From: Bacteroidales bacterium Bact_22
GTDB taxonomy: Bacteria > Bacteroidota > Bacteroidia > Bacteroidales > F082
DNA: 64,000 nucleotides
NCBI GenBank assembly: GCA_001603665.1
Contig: LUZN01000034.1
Coordinates: 27-64,026, forward strand
Direction: 5' to 3'
Below, piece after piece: positions 44,834 to 54,415 of this stretch. The stretch's first letter is position 1, and every line of letters starts with the position of its first letter. The notes beneath the pieces were generated by a model that saw nothing but the letters and a program-made list of their open reading frames with translations, ran no database searches and was not told the origin of the DNA. The position numbers and the translations under genes are program-made.

Positions 44834-45715
44834 ATGGATCATAAAGCAGGCTACGTCAACATAATAGGCAAGCCAAACGTAGGAAAATCAACGCTGATGA
44901 ACGACCTGGTGGGCGAACGCATAAGCATCATCACGTCGAAGGCGCAGACCACAAGACACCGCATCTTGGGCATAGTGAACGGCGACGACTTCCAGATTGT
45001 GTTCTCCGACACCCCTGGAATCATCAAAAATCCGGCCTACAAGATGCACGAAATCATGAATCAGTACATAAATGTGGCGTTTATCGACGCAGACCTGATT
45101 CTTTATGTGGTCGACATCACCGATAAGAAAGTCGACGAGGAAACGGTAGAACGCATCAAGAAGATGGAGGTCCCTGTGTTCGTTTTACTCAATAAAATCG
45201 ACCTTTCTAACCAAGACGACGTGGCGAAAGCCGTCGAATTTTGGAAAAACACGCTACCTGCAGCGACGGTATTCCCTATCTCGGCCATGCATCACGCCAA
45301 CGTGCAGTATGTGTTTGAGAGCATAGTCGAGAAACTGCCGGTTTGTCCGCCATACTTCCCGAAAGACGAGCTCACCGACCGCTCAATGCGCTTTTTCGTA
45401 ACGGAAATCATAAGAGAAAAAATATTGTTGAATTATCAGCAGGAAATCCCTTATAGCGTTGAGGTTGTGGTGGATGCATACGAGGAAAGTGCGAAGATGA
45501 TCAACATCAAAGCGACGATTTTCGCTTCGCGCGAATCGCAGAAAGCCATCCTGATTGGTAAGGGCGGTGCCGCGATAAAGAAAGTCGGCATACAGTCGCG
45601 CGCCGACATCGAAGAGTTCACCGGAAAGAAGATTTTCTTGGATCTCCGCGTGAAAGTCGATAAAGACTGGCGTGATAATGAAGAAGAATTAAAACATTTT
45701 GGATACGAGGCATAA
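44834..45715 (+). CDS. era: GTPase Era
   Basis: G1 GKPNVGKST, G3 DTPG, G4 NKID, and a C-terminal KH domain. Confidence 0.95.
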   Translation: MDHKAGYVNIIGKPNVGKSTLMNDLVGERISIITSKAQTTRHRILGIVNGDDFQIVFSDTPGIIKNPAYKMHEIMNQYINVAFIDADLILYVVDITDKKVDEETVERIKKMEVPVFVLLNKIDLSNQDDVAKAVEFWKNTLPAATVFPISAMHHANVQYVFESIVEKLPVCPPYFPKDELTDRSMRFFVTEIIREKILLNYQQEIPYSVEVVVDAYEESAKMINIKATIFASRESQKAILIGKGGAAIKKVGIQSRADIEEFTGKKIFLDLRVKVDKDWRDNEEELKHFGYEA

Positions 45716-45717
45716 TT

Positions 45718-47025
45718 ATGAGTAATATTGTTGCAATAGTAGGACGTCCAAACGTCGGAAAGTCGACGTTATTTAACCGTTTGGTGCAGAAACGCCAAGC
45801 CATCGTTGAGGAAAGCAGCGGCGTGACCCGCGACCGCCATTATGGTCACAGTGACTGGAACGGCAAGTCGTTCACCGTAATCGACACCGGCGGTTATGTG
45901 GTCGGATCGGACGATATCTTTGAGGAAGAGATTAGAAAACAAGTCGATTTGGCCATCGACGAGGCCGATGTCATCATCTTTGTGGTCGACGGACAGGCCG
46001 GAGTGCATGTTTTGGACGAAGATGTGGCCCTGATTCTGCGTAAATGCAAGAAAAAAGTGCTGCTCGGCGTGAACAAGACTGATATTCCCAGTAAATTCGG
46101 CGAGGCAGCGGAGTTCTATGCCCTCGGTTTGGGTGAGATTTATCCTTTCTCCGCAATGACAGGCACTGGCACAGGTGAGCTTCTCGACGAGGTGGTGAAA
46201 TATCTGCCGAATGATACGACAGAGGACTATTCCAACCTGCCGAAATTTGCCGTTGTGGGCCGTCCAAACGTCGGAAAATCGTCGATGATCAACGCATTTT
46301 TGGGTCAGGAGAGAAATATCGTGACCGACATCGCGGGAACGACGCGTGACAGCAACAACACGCGTTTCAACGCCTTCGGAATGGACTTCATGCTGGTCGA
46401 CACAGCTGGTCTGCGTAAGAAGAGCAAAGTTTACGAAAACATCGAATTTTACTCGGTGATGCGTTCGATTCGTGCAATCGAGGAATGCGACGTGGCGATA
46501 CTCATCATCGATGCCACACAGGGCTTCGACGCTCAGGATATGAACATCTTGCGACTCATCGAGAGAAACAAAAAAGGCATGGTTTTGGTGGTGAACAAAT
46601 GGGATTTGGTGGAGAAAGACAGCAACACTCACCTCGCTTTTGAGCAGATGATCCGCGAAAAGACAGCGCCTTTTGTGGATTATCCGATTATCTTCACTTC
46701 GGCCATCAACAGGCAGCGTACTTTCAAGGTCCTTGAGATGGCGCAAAAGGTGTATGAAAACAGAGAGAGAAAGGTCTCGGTGCGCGAGTTGAACGACACC
46801 ATGCTGGAGATCATCAACAGTCAGCCGCCACAGATTGCTTCAAGAGGCAGATACTTGAAAATCAAGTACATAACACAACTGAAGAGCCCTACTCCGCAGT
46901 TCATTTTCTTCTGCAACCTGCCGAAAGACGTGAAGGACAACTATGTGAGGTTCTTGGAGAACAAAATCAGGAGCATCTGGGACTTCCACGGAGTGCCGAT
47001 ACAATTATTTTTCCGAGAAAAATAA
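45718..47025 (+). CDS. der: Ribosome-biogenesis GTPase Der (EngA)
   Basis: Two tandem GTPase domains (GRPNVGKST twice; NKTD/NKWD) plus a KH-like C-terminus. Confidence 0.95.
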   Translation: MSNIVAIVGRPNVGKSTLFNRLVQKRQAIVEESSGVTRDRHYGHSDWNGKSFTVIDTGGYVVGSDDIFEEEIRKQVDLAIDEADVIIFVVDGQAGVHVLDEDVALILRKCKKKVLLGVNKTDIPSKFGEAAEFYALGLGEIYPFSAMTGTGTGELLDEVVKYLPNDTTEDYSNLPKFAVVGRPNVGKSSMINAFLGQERNIVTDIAGTTRDSNNTRFNAFGMDFMLVDTAGLRKKSKVYENIEFYSVMRSIRAIEECDVAILIIDATQGFDAQDMNILRLIERNKKGMVLVVNKWDLVEKDSNTHLAFEQMIREKTAPFVDYPIIFTSAINRQRTFKVLEMAQKVYENRERKVSVRELNDTMLEIINSQPPQIASRGRYLKIKYITQLKSPTPQFIFFCNLPKDVKDNYVRFLENKIRSIWDFHGVPIQLFFREK

Positions 47026-47026
47026 A

Positions 47027-47107
47027 CTTTGGCTTTAGGCTTTTAGCTATTGGCATTTTTATTCTTGCCAATGGCCAACGGCCAATAGCCAATAGCCAAT
47101 AGCCGAT
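47027..47107. repeat. Imperfect palindromic element built from GGCTATT-family heptads
   Basis: Left arm CTTTGGCTTTAGGCTTTTAGCTATTGGCA, loop TTTTTATTCT, right arm of six units RGCCAAY (47066-47107). Core 10-bp stem 47046-47055 / 47066-47075. It fills the der-hslR spacer. Confidence 0.8.
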
Positions 47108-47110
47108 AAA

Positions 47111-47494
47111 ATGGAAAACGAAGAGTTAAGAATAGATAAATGGCTTTGGTGCGCGAGGCTTTTCAAGACCAGGACGCTCGCTGCTGACGCTTGCAAGGGC
47201 GGCAAGGTGAAGGTCAACGAGGTCTCGATGAAGCCGTCGCACGACGTGAAGGTCGGCGAGGTTATCAGCGTGCAGCTCGGACAGCTCCATAAAGTCGTGG
47301 AGGTGCTGAGCATCCCGAAGAGTCGCGTGTCGCCGAAAGACGTGGTGAACATCTACGTCGACCGTACTCCTACTGAGGAATACGAGCGCATCGAGTTCAT
47401 GCATGCATATAAGGCGGAATACCGTGACCGTGGCGCCGGCCGTCCGACGAAGAAAGACCGCCGAATTTTGGATAAACTGAAGAGTGACGAATGA
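47111..47494 (+). CDS. hslR: S4-domain RNA-binding protein (Hsp15/HslR-like)
   Basis: 127 aa with S4 motif RIDKWLWCARLFKTRTLAADACKGGKVKVN. Confidence 0.8.
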   Translation: MENEELRIDKWLWCARLFKTRTLAADACKGGKVKVNEVSMKPSHDVKVGEVISVQLGQLHKVVEVLSIPKSRVSPKDVVNIYVDRTPTEEYERIEFMHAYKAEYRDRGAGRPTKKDRRILDKLKSDE

Positions 47495-48717
47495 TTTCGA
47501 ACGTTCAAAATATTAATATTGCCGAATATGACTACCCGCTGCCTGACGAGAGGATCGCGAAATATCCTTTGGCAGAGAGAGACGCGTCTAAATTATTGAT
47601 TCTCAAGGATAATCAGATATCTGAAAATCATTTTAGGAATATCGGTGATTACCTCCCGGAAAAATCTGTTTTGGTGTTCAACGAGACCAAGGTGGTTCGC
47701 GCACGTTTGCAGTTTGTGAAGGACTCTGGTGCCGCCATCGAGGTGTTTTGTCTGGAGCCCATCACGGGCAACGGCGACTACCAATTGGCGTTCTCGGCAG
47801 GCTCCCCTGTCGAGTGGCACTGTCTGGTTGGCAACTCCAGAAGATGGAAGGATGGATATCTCTCTATGCCGTTGACTATCAAAGGCAAGGATGTCATCTT
47901 GCAGGCCGAACGCCTTGAAAAAACCGACGCCTATTCGGTAATCCGTTTCTCATGGGAGCCTGCCGAGATAAGCTTCGCGGAGGTGTTGGAGCATGCGGGC
48001 GAGATACCGTTGCCTCCGTATCTGCATCGCGAGGCGGAGCCGAGCGATAGGGACCGTTATCAGACCGTGTTTGCGAAATACGAAGGGTCCGTCGCGGCGC
48101 CGACTGCCTCGTTACATCTCACCAAGCCATTGATAGCCAAGCTGAAAGAGCAGGGACACACCATAGAAGAGGTGACCTTGCACGTCGGCGCCGGCACGTT
48201 CCGTCCAGTAGCGACAGATACCATCGGAGAACACGAGATGCATTCCGAATCGATAATCGTGAAACGCCCAACCATCGAGCATCTGCACAAAAATATCGAT
48301 CGGACCATCATCCCTGTGGGCACCACAAGCATGCGCACCATCGAATCGGTGTATTGGATTGGAGTGATGCTCCTCGAACAAGGTTTTGACGAACGGAATC
48401 TCCATGTAAATCAATGGTTTCCGTACCAAGACAGAGAAAAATTGCCTTCCGCCAAGGAAAGTCTCGAAGCCATCTTGAAATATCTCGAAATGCATCATCT
48501 CGACGCCTTGCATGCCACCACGGCCTTGATGATTGCACCATCCTGCCCTATCATGCTGACAAAGGCGCTCATCACCAACTTCCACCAGCCAAAAAGCACG
48601 CTTTTGCTGCTAGTTTCAGCATTAATAGGAAATAAATGGAAAGAGGCATACCGCTTCGCACTGGAACATGGGTTCAGATTCCTCAGTTACGGGGATTCTT
48701 GCTTGTTTATTCCGTAG
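47491..48717 (+). CDS. queA: S-adenosylmethionine:tRNA ribosyltransferase-isomerase
   Basis: Motifs PLPPYL, GAGTFRPV, VGTTSMRT and TNFHQPKSTLLLLVSA. ATGA overlap with hslR. Confidence 0.9.
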   Translation: MISNVQNINIAEYDYPLPDERIAKYPLAERDASKLLILKDNQISENHFRNIGDYLPEKSVLVFNETKVVRARLQFVKDSGAAIEVFCLEPITGNGDYQLAFSAGSPVEWHCLVGNSRRWKDGYLSMPLTIKGKDVILQAERLEKTDAYSVIRFSWEPAEISFAEVLEHAGEIPLPPYLHREAEPSDRDRYQTVFAKYEGSVAAPTASLHLTKPLIAKLKEQGHTIEEVTLHVGAGTFRPVATDTIGEHEMHSESIIVKRPTIEHLHKNIDRTIIPVGTTSMRTIESVYWIGVMLLEQGFDERNLHVNQWFPYQDREKLPSAKESLEAILKYLEMHHLDALHATTALMIAPSCPIMLTKALITNFHQPKSTLLLLVSALIGNKWKEAYRFALEHGFRFLSYGDSCLFIP

Positions 48718-49692
48718 TTACTTTATGCGATTGTAAAGATAATCAGCGTAATTTCTTAAAACTGTTTTCTTATCTTCCGGAACACTAATCTCATCAAGGT
48801 GTTTCAGAGAATTGTTGTAATAATCAGTCATCACGTCATTGACGATTTCGCGGACGTTGTATTTGGCAAAAATATCCAAAACTGCCTGCTGTTTCTTCTC
48901 GTCGCGACCTTTTGGCATTGAAAAATAGCCTTCGAGACGTTTTTTATCATCGGCTGAAGCCATTTCTAAAGCTTTCAGATAAAGATAAGTCTTCTTGTTA
49001 TCGGCGATATCGCCGCCAGGCATTTTTCCGAAAACCTTAACATCGCCATAGCAATCGAAGAGATCGTCCTGCAGCTGGAAAGCAATGCCGAGGTCGATAC
49101 CGAAGTCGTAGACAGCCTTCATATTCTTTTCATCAGCACCAGCCACGATAGCGCCAATCTTAAGTACAGAACCAAGCAAAACGGCTGTTTTCAGCCTAAT
49201 CATCTCGATATATTCATCCAAGGCAACATCGTCGCGGGTCTCGAAATTCAGGTCGTACTGCTGTCCTTCACACACCTCAAGCGCCACCTTGCAAAGCTCA
49301 GCTAAGACCTTTTGCGAATATATCTTATTGGTACTCAACGCATATTGAAAAGCCTTGATAAGCATGGTGTCGCCCGAAAGCAGAGCGATGTTTGAGTTCC
49401 ATTTATGGTAAACGGTCTCCAGACCACGGCGCAGAGGAGCCTCGTCCATGATATCGTCGTGGATAAGGGTGAAGTTGTGGAAAATCTCAGCAGCCACTGC
49501 AGGAGTCAAGCATTCGTCGATGTCGCCACCAAACATCTCGCACGACAAAAGTGCCAGCGTCGGACGCATACGTTTGCCTTTCTGGCTCATGGTATAGTCG
49601 ATAGGAGCGTACAACTCGCTCGGAGTACCCATAAAATCTTGAGACTCAATGAATTGAGTTATCTTTTCCTGAATTTTCTCAACCGATGTCAT
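48718..49692 (-). CDS. Polyprenyl diphosphate synthase (trans-IPPS)
   Basis: 324 aa with the two Asp-rich motifs LIHDDIMD and FQLQDDLFD. Confidence 0.85.
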   Translation of the reverse strand: MTSVEKIQEKITQFIESQDFMGTPSELYAPIDYTMSQKGKRMRPTLALLSCEMFGGDIDECLTPAVAAEIFHNFTLIHDDIMDEAPLRRGLETVYHKWNSNIALLSGDTMLIKAFQYALSTNKIYSQKVLAELCKVALEVCEGQQYDLNFETRDDVALDEYIEMIRLKTAVLLGSVLKIGAIVAGADEKNMKAVYDFGIDLGIAFQLQDDLFDCYGDVKVFGKMPGGDIADNKKTYLYLKALEMASADDKKRLEGYFSMPKGRDEKKQQAVLDIFAKYNVREIVNDVMTDYYNNSLKHLDEISVPEDKKTVLRNYADYLYNRIK

Positions 49693-52001
49693 ATCTTTTT
49701 TCTATTAAAGGTCAAAACCAGTGCAGGAAGCACTAAGATATTGGTTATCAATGCGATAAGCAGTGTAAACGGTACCAAAAGTCCCACTATCTTTGTTCCA
49801 CCAAACGACGAGAAGGCGAAAATCAAGAAGCCGCAGATGAGGATGGTAGCCGAATAAATCATGCTCGGACCTGTCTCAGTGATAGCTGCCATCACCGACT
49901 TCTTGATGTCGTTGTTGTTGTTCTTCATCTGAAGTCTATAACGTGCCAGGTAATGTATGGTGTTGTCGACGCTGATGCCGAGTGCGATGCTAAACACGAG
50001 TATGGTCGACATCTTGAGCGGCACGCCGCTGTAACCCATCAAACCAGCAGTAAAGAGAAGCGGTATCAGGTTGGGTATCAACGAGATAACTACCATCTTG
50101 AACTTATGGAATGTTATCAGCATCAGGATGGCGATGACGACAAATGCCAGCAGCAACGAATGTGCCAGGTTGACGATGAGGTAGTTGGTACCTTGCAGCG
50201 TGACCATGGCGCTGCCGGTCATCACCACGTCGTATTTGTCTTTCGGGAATATCTGGTCGATTTTCGGCCTCAACGAACGGCTTATGCTGTCGATCTTAGG
50301 TGTTGTGATATTGGCCATCTGCACCGAGATACGTGTGCTCTGCATGGTGCTGTCGACGTATTGCGTCACTATCGCAGGCAGTTTGCCGTCTTTCGTCTCG
50401 GGCATATATTTCATGATGAAGGCGAACTCGTTGTTTGTCGGCACCTTAAACTGGTCGCGACTGCCATTATAAAAGCCTTGGCGGGCAAATTTCACCACCT
50501 CGGCAACGCTCAATGGCTCGCTGAACTCCGGATACATCGCCAGAGAGTCTTCCATCTGCTGCACCTTACGGATGAAAGCCGCATTCATGATGCCTTTTGG
50601 CTTGCGAGTGTCAATGGAAATCTCAAAAGGCATCACTCCGCCAACGTTTTCCTCGAAATACATGATGTCTTTGTAGAGTTTGTCGCCCTTTGAAATATCG
50701 TCTACCACGCGTCCCGATGTCGACATACGCATTGCACCGATGCCGCAAATCACCAGAAGCACCACCACCACAGCGTAGATGTAGCGTTTACGGCTTAAAA
50801 CAAAGGCCGACACCTTATCCATTATGTAGTTGATGCTCGGGTTGTTCATGTAGTTGACCAGCTTGCCTTCAGGACGTTTCTGGTAGCTGAAGAATGTCGG
50901 CAGAAGCACCATCGTCATCACGTAAGTGAGCATGATACAGATACTTGCGAGTACGCCGAACGGCACCAGCAGCATGTTACGTGTGATGATAAACGAAGCG
51001 AAGCTCACCGCAGTAGTTGTATTTGTCAGGAAGTTGGCCGGTCCGATGCGCACTATAACGTTACTCAGGGCGCGGATCCTGTCGTGACACACGTCGTACT
51101 CGCGGTGGTATTTGTTAAGCATGAAGATGGAGTTCTCCACGCCGATGATTATCAACAATGGAGGCAGCACACCTGTGAGAATCGTCACCTCGTAGCCAAG
51201 CAGCGCCATGATTCCGAACATATAAATCACTGATAGTAAAACGATTGCGACTACCGACACAAGCGGGCGCCATGAGCGGAAGAAGAGATACAGTATCAGT
51301 CCTGCCACGAGGATCGACAGAGCCGTGAAGCCTACGATCTCATTCACCATGGTCTGAGTGGTAATCTCACGGATGTAAGGCATTCCCGAGATGTGCGTCT
51401 CGATGCCATGTGCCTTGCTGTAATCGTCTAAAATGGCGGACAATTCATCGGTGAGCTCCCTACGGATAGTGGTGTTAGCGTGTGCTTCGTCGAGGGTGAC
51501 AAGCATCATGGTGGAGTTCGTCTCGGTGTTAAATAGCAGCTTGTCGTAGATGGCGAGGCTCAAAATCACCTCTTTTATCGAGTCGACTTCCGCCTGTGTC
51601 TCGGGACGGCGTTGCACCACCTGCACTAGCTCGAATTTCTTGATGCTGTCGTTTTTAACAATATTGTAAACCCTTGATACTGAGAGGCATTCGGTTACGC
51701 CAGATATCTCTCTTATCTTGGTATTAAGGTCGTAATAATCTTGAAAATGATTTAAGGTGAAAAGACTGTCGTCGCACATTCCGATGAAGATGCTGTTGCC
51801 GTCTTTGCCATATTTTTCTAAGAATTGATGATAAACCACCATGGTGGTGTCGGTGTCGGGCAAGGTGGCGGCGATGCTATGCCCCATTTTAACTTTAAAA
51901 GCCTCTAATCCTAAGAATATCAACAAGATAGAAGCGATAACAAGGTTTAAAACACGGTGCCTTAAAATATATATCGCAATTTTATTCCACATATTTTGCA
52001 A
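49689..52001 (-). CDS. MMPL/RND-superfamily (sterol-sensing-domain type) membrane transporter
   Basis: 770 aa. Two blocks of about 6 TM helices, each preceded by a large soluble loop. Confidence 0.75.
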   Translation of the reverse strand: MQNMWNKIAIYILRHRVLNLVIASILLIFLGLEAFKVKMGHSIAATLPDTDTTMVVYHQFLEKYGKDGNSIFIGMCDDSLFTLNHFQDYYDLNTKIREISGVTECLSVSRVYNIVKNDSIKKFELVQVVQRRPETQAEVDSIKEVILSLAIYDKLLFNTETNSTMMLVTLDEAHANTTIRRELTDELSAILDDYSKAHGIETHISGMPYIREITTQTMVNEIVGFTALSILVAGLILYLFFRSWRPLVSVVAIVLLSVIYMFGIMALLGYEVTILTGVLPPLLIIIGVENSIFMLNKYHREYDVCHDRIRALSNVIVRIGPANFLTNTTTAVSFASFIITRNMLLVPFGVLASICIMLTYVMTMVLLPTFFSYQKRPEGKLVNYMNNPSINYIMDKVSAFVLSRKRYIYAVVVVLLVICGIGAMRMSTSGRVVDDISKGDKLYKDIMYFEENVGGVMPFEISIDTRKPKGIMNAAFIRKVQQMEDSLAMYPEFSEPLSVAEVVKFARQGFYNGSRDQFKVPTNNEFAFIMKYMPETKDGKLPAIVTQYVDSTMQSTRISVQMANITTPKIDSISRSLRPKIDQIFPKDKYDVVMTGSAMVTLQGTNYLIVNLAHSLLLAFVVIAILMLITFHKFKMVVISLIPNLIPLLFTAGLMGYSGVPLKMSTILVFSIALGISVDNTIHYLARYRLQMKNNNNDIKKSVMAAITETGPSMIYSATILICGFLIFAFSSFGGTKIVGLLVPFTLLIALITNILVLPALVLTFNRKKI

Positions 52002-52014
52002 TCAATACAAACCG

Positions 52015-52022
52015 CAAAGATA
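52015..52022 (-). promoter_or_regulatory. -7 promoter box (TATCTTTG on minus strand) for MMPL-polyprenyl synthase unit
   Basis: Exact match 13 nt upstream of the ATG at 52001. Confidence 0.5.
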
Positions 52023-52030
52023 TGGATTTT

Positions 52031-52058
52031 TGTTTAATGTTTACAGTTTACTGTTTAA
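52031..52058. repeat. 4-unit heptad tandem array (TGTTTAA TGTTTAC AGTTTAC TGTTTAA)
   Basis: Lies between the ABC-2 permease stop (52069) and the MMPL promoter box. It is the reverse complement of the TAAAC-type units at 38727-38765. Confidence 0.8.
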
Positions 52059-52068
52059 AAAAATGTTA

Positions 52069-53244
52069 TCAAGCCCACAACTGTTTACCATATGTTCGTT
52101 TGTAGACCAAATACGATATTCCAAGATAAACAAAAGTCTGAATCCACAGCACATTGAGTTCATGCTGCACATCTTCGAGTGTGGCGCCCATTTCGGTGAT
52201 TCTGACAAAGCCATTGACGCCAAAGGTCGACGGGAATAGCCACGAGAAACCTTTCCAGAAAATCGGGATGTTGCTGGCAGGCCATGAGATGCCGCTGGCG
52301 AACAAGAGCGGGATGGAGAGGAACACAAACATGATGATGAACGACTCACGGTCGTGCGCTATCGACGAGAGCGAGATGCTGAAGAACACGCAAGCCGCGA
52401 TATAAGGCACCATGAATGCCAGCAGGGTCTGCCATCGCCAGATATGAATAAGGTCAAACAGCGACGGTACTATGCACGCCAGATACACTGCCACGAAGAC
52501 GTAGATGGTGAAGATCACCGTCGATTTTCCAAGCAGCACCTCGATAGGATTTTTACCGATGATATGCGGCTCGGCGATGTGTTTTCTAACTTTTTCACGC
52601 TCCTCGCCTGCCATCATGCCAACGCCAAGAACCATGGTCTGCTGGATAATCATTATCAACACTGCAGGAATCAAGAATGTGGCGAATCCGTTCTGGGTGT
52701 TGAACATTGGAACATATTGATATTCAATAGGATACTGGAATGCCGAAATCTGTTCGTCGGTAGCACCAGGGATAAGTTGCGCTTTTATTTCTTTATTCAT
52801 ATCAAGAGAAACCTCGGTACAACTGCTCAAAACGGCTTTGTAATAAAGCAGTCCGCTCATGTCGGAATACAGCTCTACCACAGTCTGACGGTGCTCGGCT
52901 ATGTCTTTGGCGAAGTCTTTCGGGATGTAGATGAGGCAGTAGGCGTCGCGATGATGTATCATCTCCTGAGCCTCCTCCATATCCTGACAATGCGAGATAA
53001 TCTGCACGTCGGCAGTGGCATCGACGCGACGGGTAAACTCGCGGCTCAGCGTGGAATGGCTGTTGTCGACCACCACCGTAGGCACCTCGCGAACGCTCTC
53101 GTGGTTATACAGATATGCGTAAAGAAGCGGGTATAAGAGCGGCACTATGATGAAGAACACCACCACGCCTTCGTCGAGCAACGCGCACTTCATCTCATAC
53201 GCCCAGACTTCAATTGTATTTCTTAACCATTTCATAATCAACAT
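52069..53244 (-). CDS. ABC-2 type transporter permease (YhhJ/YbhR-like)
   Basis: 391 aa. One N-terminal TM helix, a large external loop, and a C-terminal 5-6 TM bundle. Confidence 0.75.
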   Translation of the reverse strand: MLIMKWLRNTIEVWAYEMKCALLDEGVVVFFIIVPLLYPLLYAYLYNHESVREVPTVVVDNSHSTLSREFTRRVDATADVQIISHCQDMEEAQEMIHHRDAYCLIYIPKDFAKDIAEHRQTVVELYSDMSGLLYYKAVLSSCTEVSLDMNKEIKAQLIPGATDEQISAFQYPIEYQYVPMFNTQNGFATFLIPAVLIMIIQQTMVLGVGMMAGEEREKVRKHIAEPHIIGKNPIEVLLGKSTVIFTIYVFVAVYLACIVPSLFDLIHIWRWQTLLAFMVPYIAACVFFSISLSSIAHDRESFIIMFVFLSIPLLFASGISWPASNIPIFWKGFSWLFPSTFGVNGFVRITEMGATLEDVQHELNVLWIQTFVYLGISYLVYKRTYGKQLWA

Positions 53245-53245
53245 C

Positions 53246-54415
53246 TTAATGAGTATAATAATATTCCAGCAAGAACGTCTTCAAACGACTTAAAACCATT
53301 ATCGGCAGAGCCAAAAACGCTATCTGGATGGCGATGTTAAGCCACGAATAGTAAAGCGGCAGTCCGTTGAGCGCCTGGTCGACGTAGATTAGGAAGTAAT
53401 GACGCAGCGGGAACAGCCACGAGAGACCTTTCAGCGTGTCGGGGAACGCCATCTGCGGGAACGAGAAGCCCGAGATAGGGAACGACAGCACGCCCCACAA
53501 TGTCGCAAGACTCAGAGCCCAACGCAGCGACGGCACAGCTCCGCAGAAGAACACGCCGAGCGCCAGCGAGGCGTTGATGAGCAAGAACATGTTGAGGATC
53601 ATCGGCCAGATGCCGCTGTTCAACGGGAAATGCCACACTCCGTAGAGCAGGAACAGACAGAACAAGCCCATCAGCGACCAGGTCACGATCTGAGGCAGGA
53701 GCTTACCTGCCAAGGCTTTCACGATGTCGTTGTCGGCCATGGCGAGCCATTCCTTTGACGTCTCTTCCTTTAACTCCACATAAATCGAGTATATTGACAC
53801 CTGCATGATAAGCAGCATTATTATTCCCGGAAGAAGAGTGTTGCAAAGATATACCGAGTAGTTGAGGCATGGGTTGTTGACGGCATGCATCTCCATCTTT
53901 ATGGGCTGCAGCACCGCCATCGCCTGGTCTTCGGTGTATCCACGGGCATATAGCGACGCTCTTCCGACGGCTCCCGAGGCATATTCCGACATCATCTTCA
54001 TGTCGCGGTACTCCAACGAGCCCGGGATGAGGTATGACGCGGCGGTGTAGAACGACACCGTCGGCTGTTTGCCGGCGATGGCGAGCTCCGTGGTACCTTT
54101 CGGGATATAGTAGAAAGCGTAGATCTTGCCTTGCTGCATAGCCTTGCGGGCGTCGGCGACGTCGGCATAGTGCTCGATGATGTTGGTCTGCTGAAACGCG
54201 TCGAGGTTACGTATCACCTCGCGGGTGGTGGCGGTGTTATCCTCGTCGACGACGCCCGCAGGCAGCTCCGACGGAAGTCCTTCGCCCATCAGCGTGGTGA
54301 AGAACAGGAACGCGATGACAGGCGCCAACACCATACAGAAGGTGTAGATGCCGCGCTGGAGCATGCGTTTCTGCTCACGTTTCGCGATAGCCCATATCTG
54401 ATTCAGCGCCTTCAT
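53246..54415 (-). CDS. ABC-2 type transporter permease (YhhJ/YbhS-like)
   Basis: 389 aa with the same topology as its neighbour (a paralogous pair). Confidence 0.75.
   Translation of the reverse strand: MKALNQIWAIAKREQKRMLQRGIYTFCMVLAPVIAFLFFTTLMGEGLPSELPAGVVDEDNTATTREVIRNLDAFQQTNIIEHYADVADARKAMQQGKIYAFYYIPKGTTELAIAGKQPTVSFYTAASYLIPGSLEYRDMKMMSEYASGAVGRASLYARGYTEDQAMAVLQPIKMEMHAVNNPCLNYSVYLCNTLLPGIIMLLIMQVSIYSIYVELKEETSKEWLAMADNDIVKALAGKLLPQIVTWSLMGLFCLFLLYGVWHFPLNSGIWPMILNMFLLINASLALGVFFCGAVPSLRWALSLATLWGVLSFPISGFSFPQMAFPDTLKGLSWLFPLRHYFLIYVDQALNGLPLYYSWLNIAIQIAFLALPIMVLSRLKTFLLEYYYTH

Noticed and set aside
45769-46746. 325-aa ORF antisense to der; similar antisense ORFs at 9590-10357, 22350-23204, 42895-43719, 52354-53136, 56152-56949 and 59755-60699
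   Set aside because: Each is embedded in the opposite strand of a gene with clear family motifs. They reflect codon bias (a stop-poor antisense frame), not genes.
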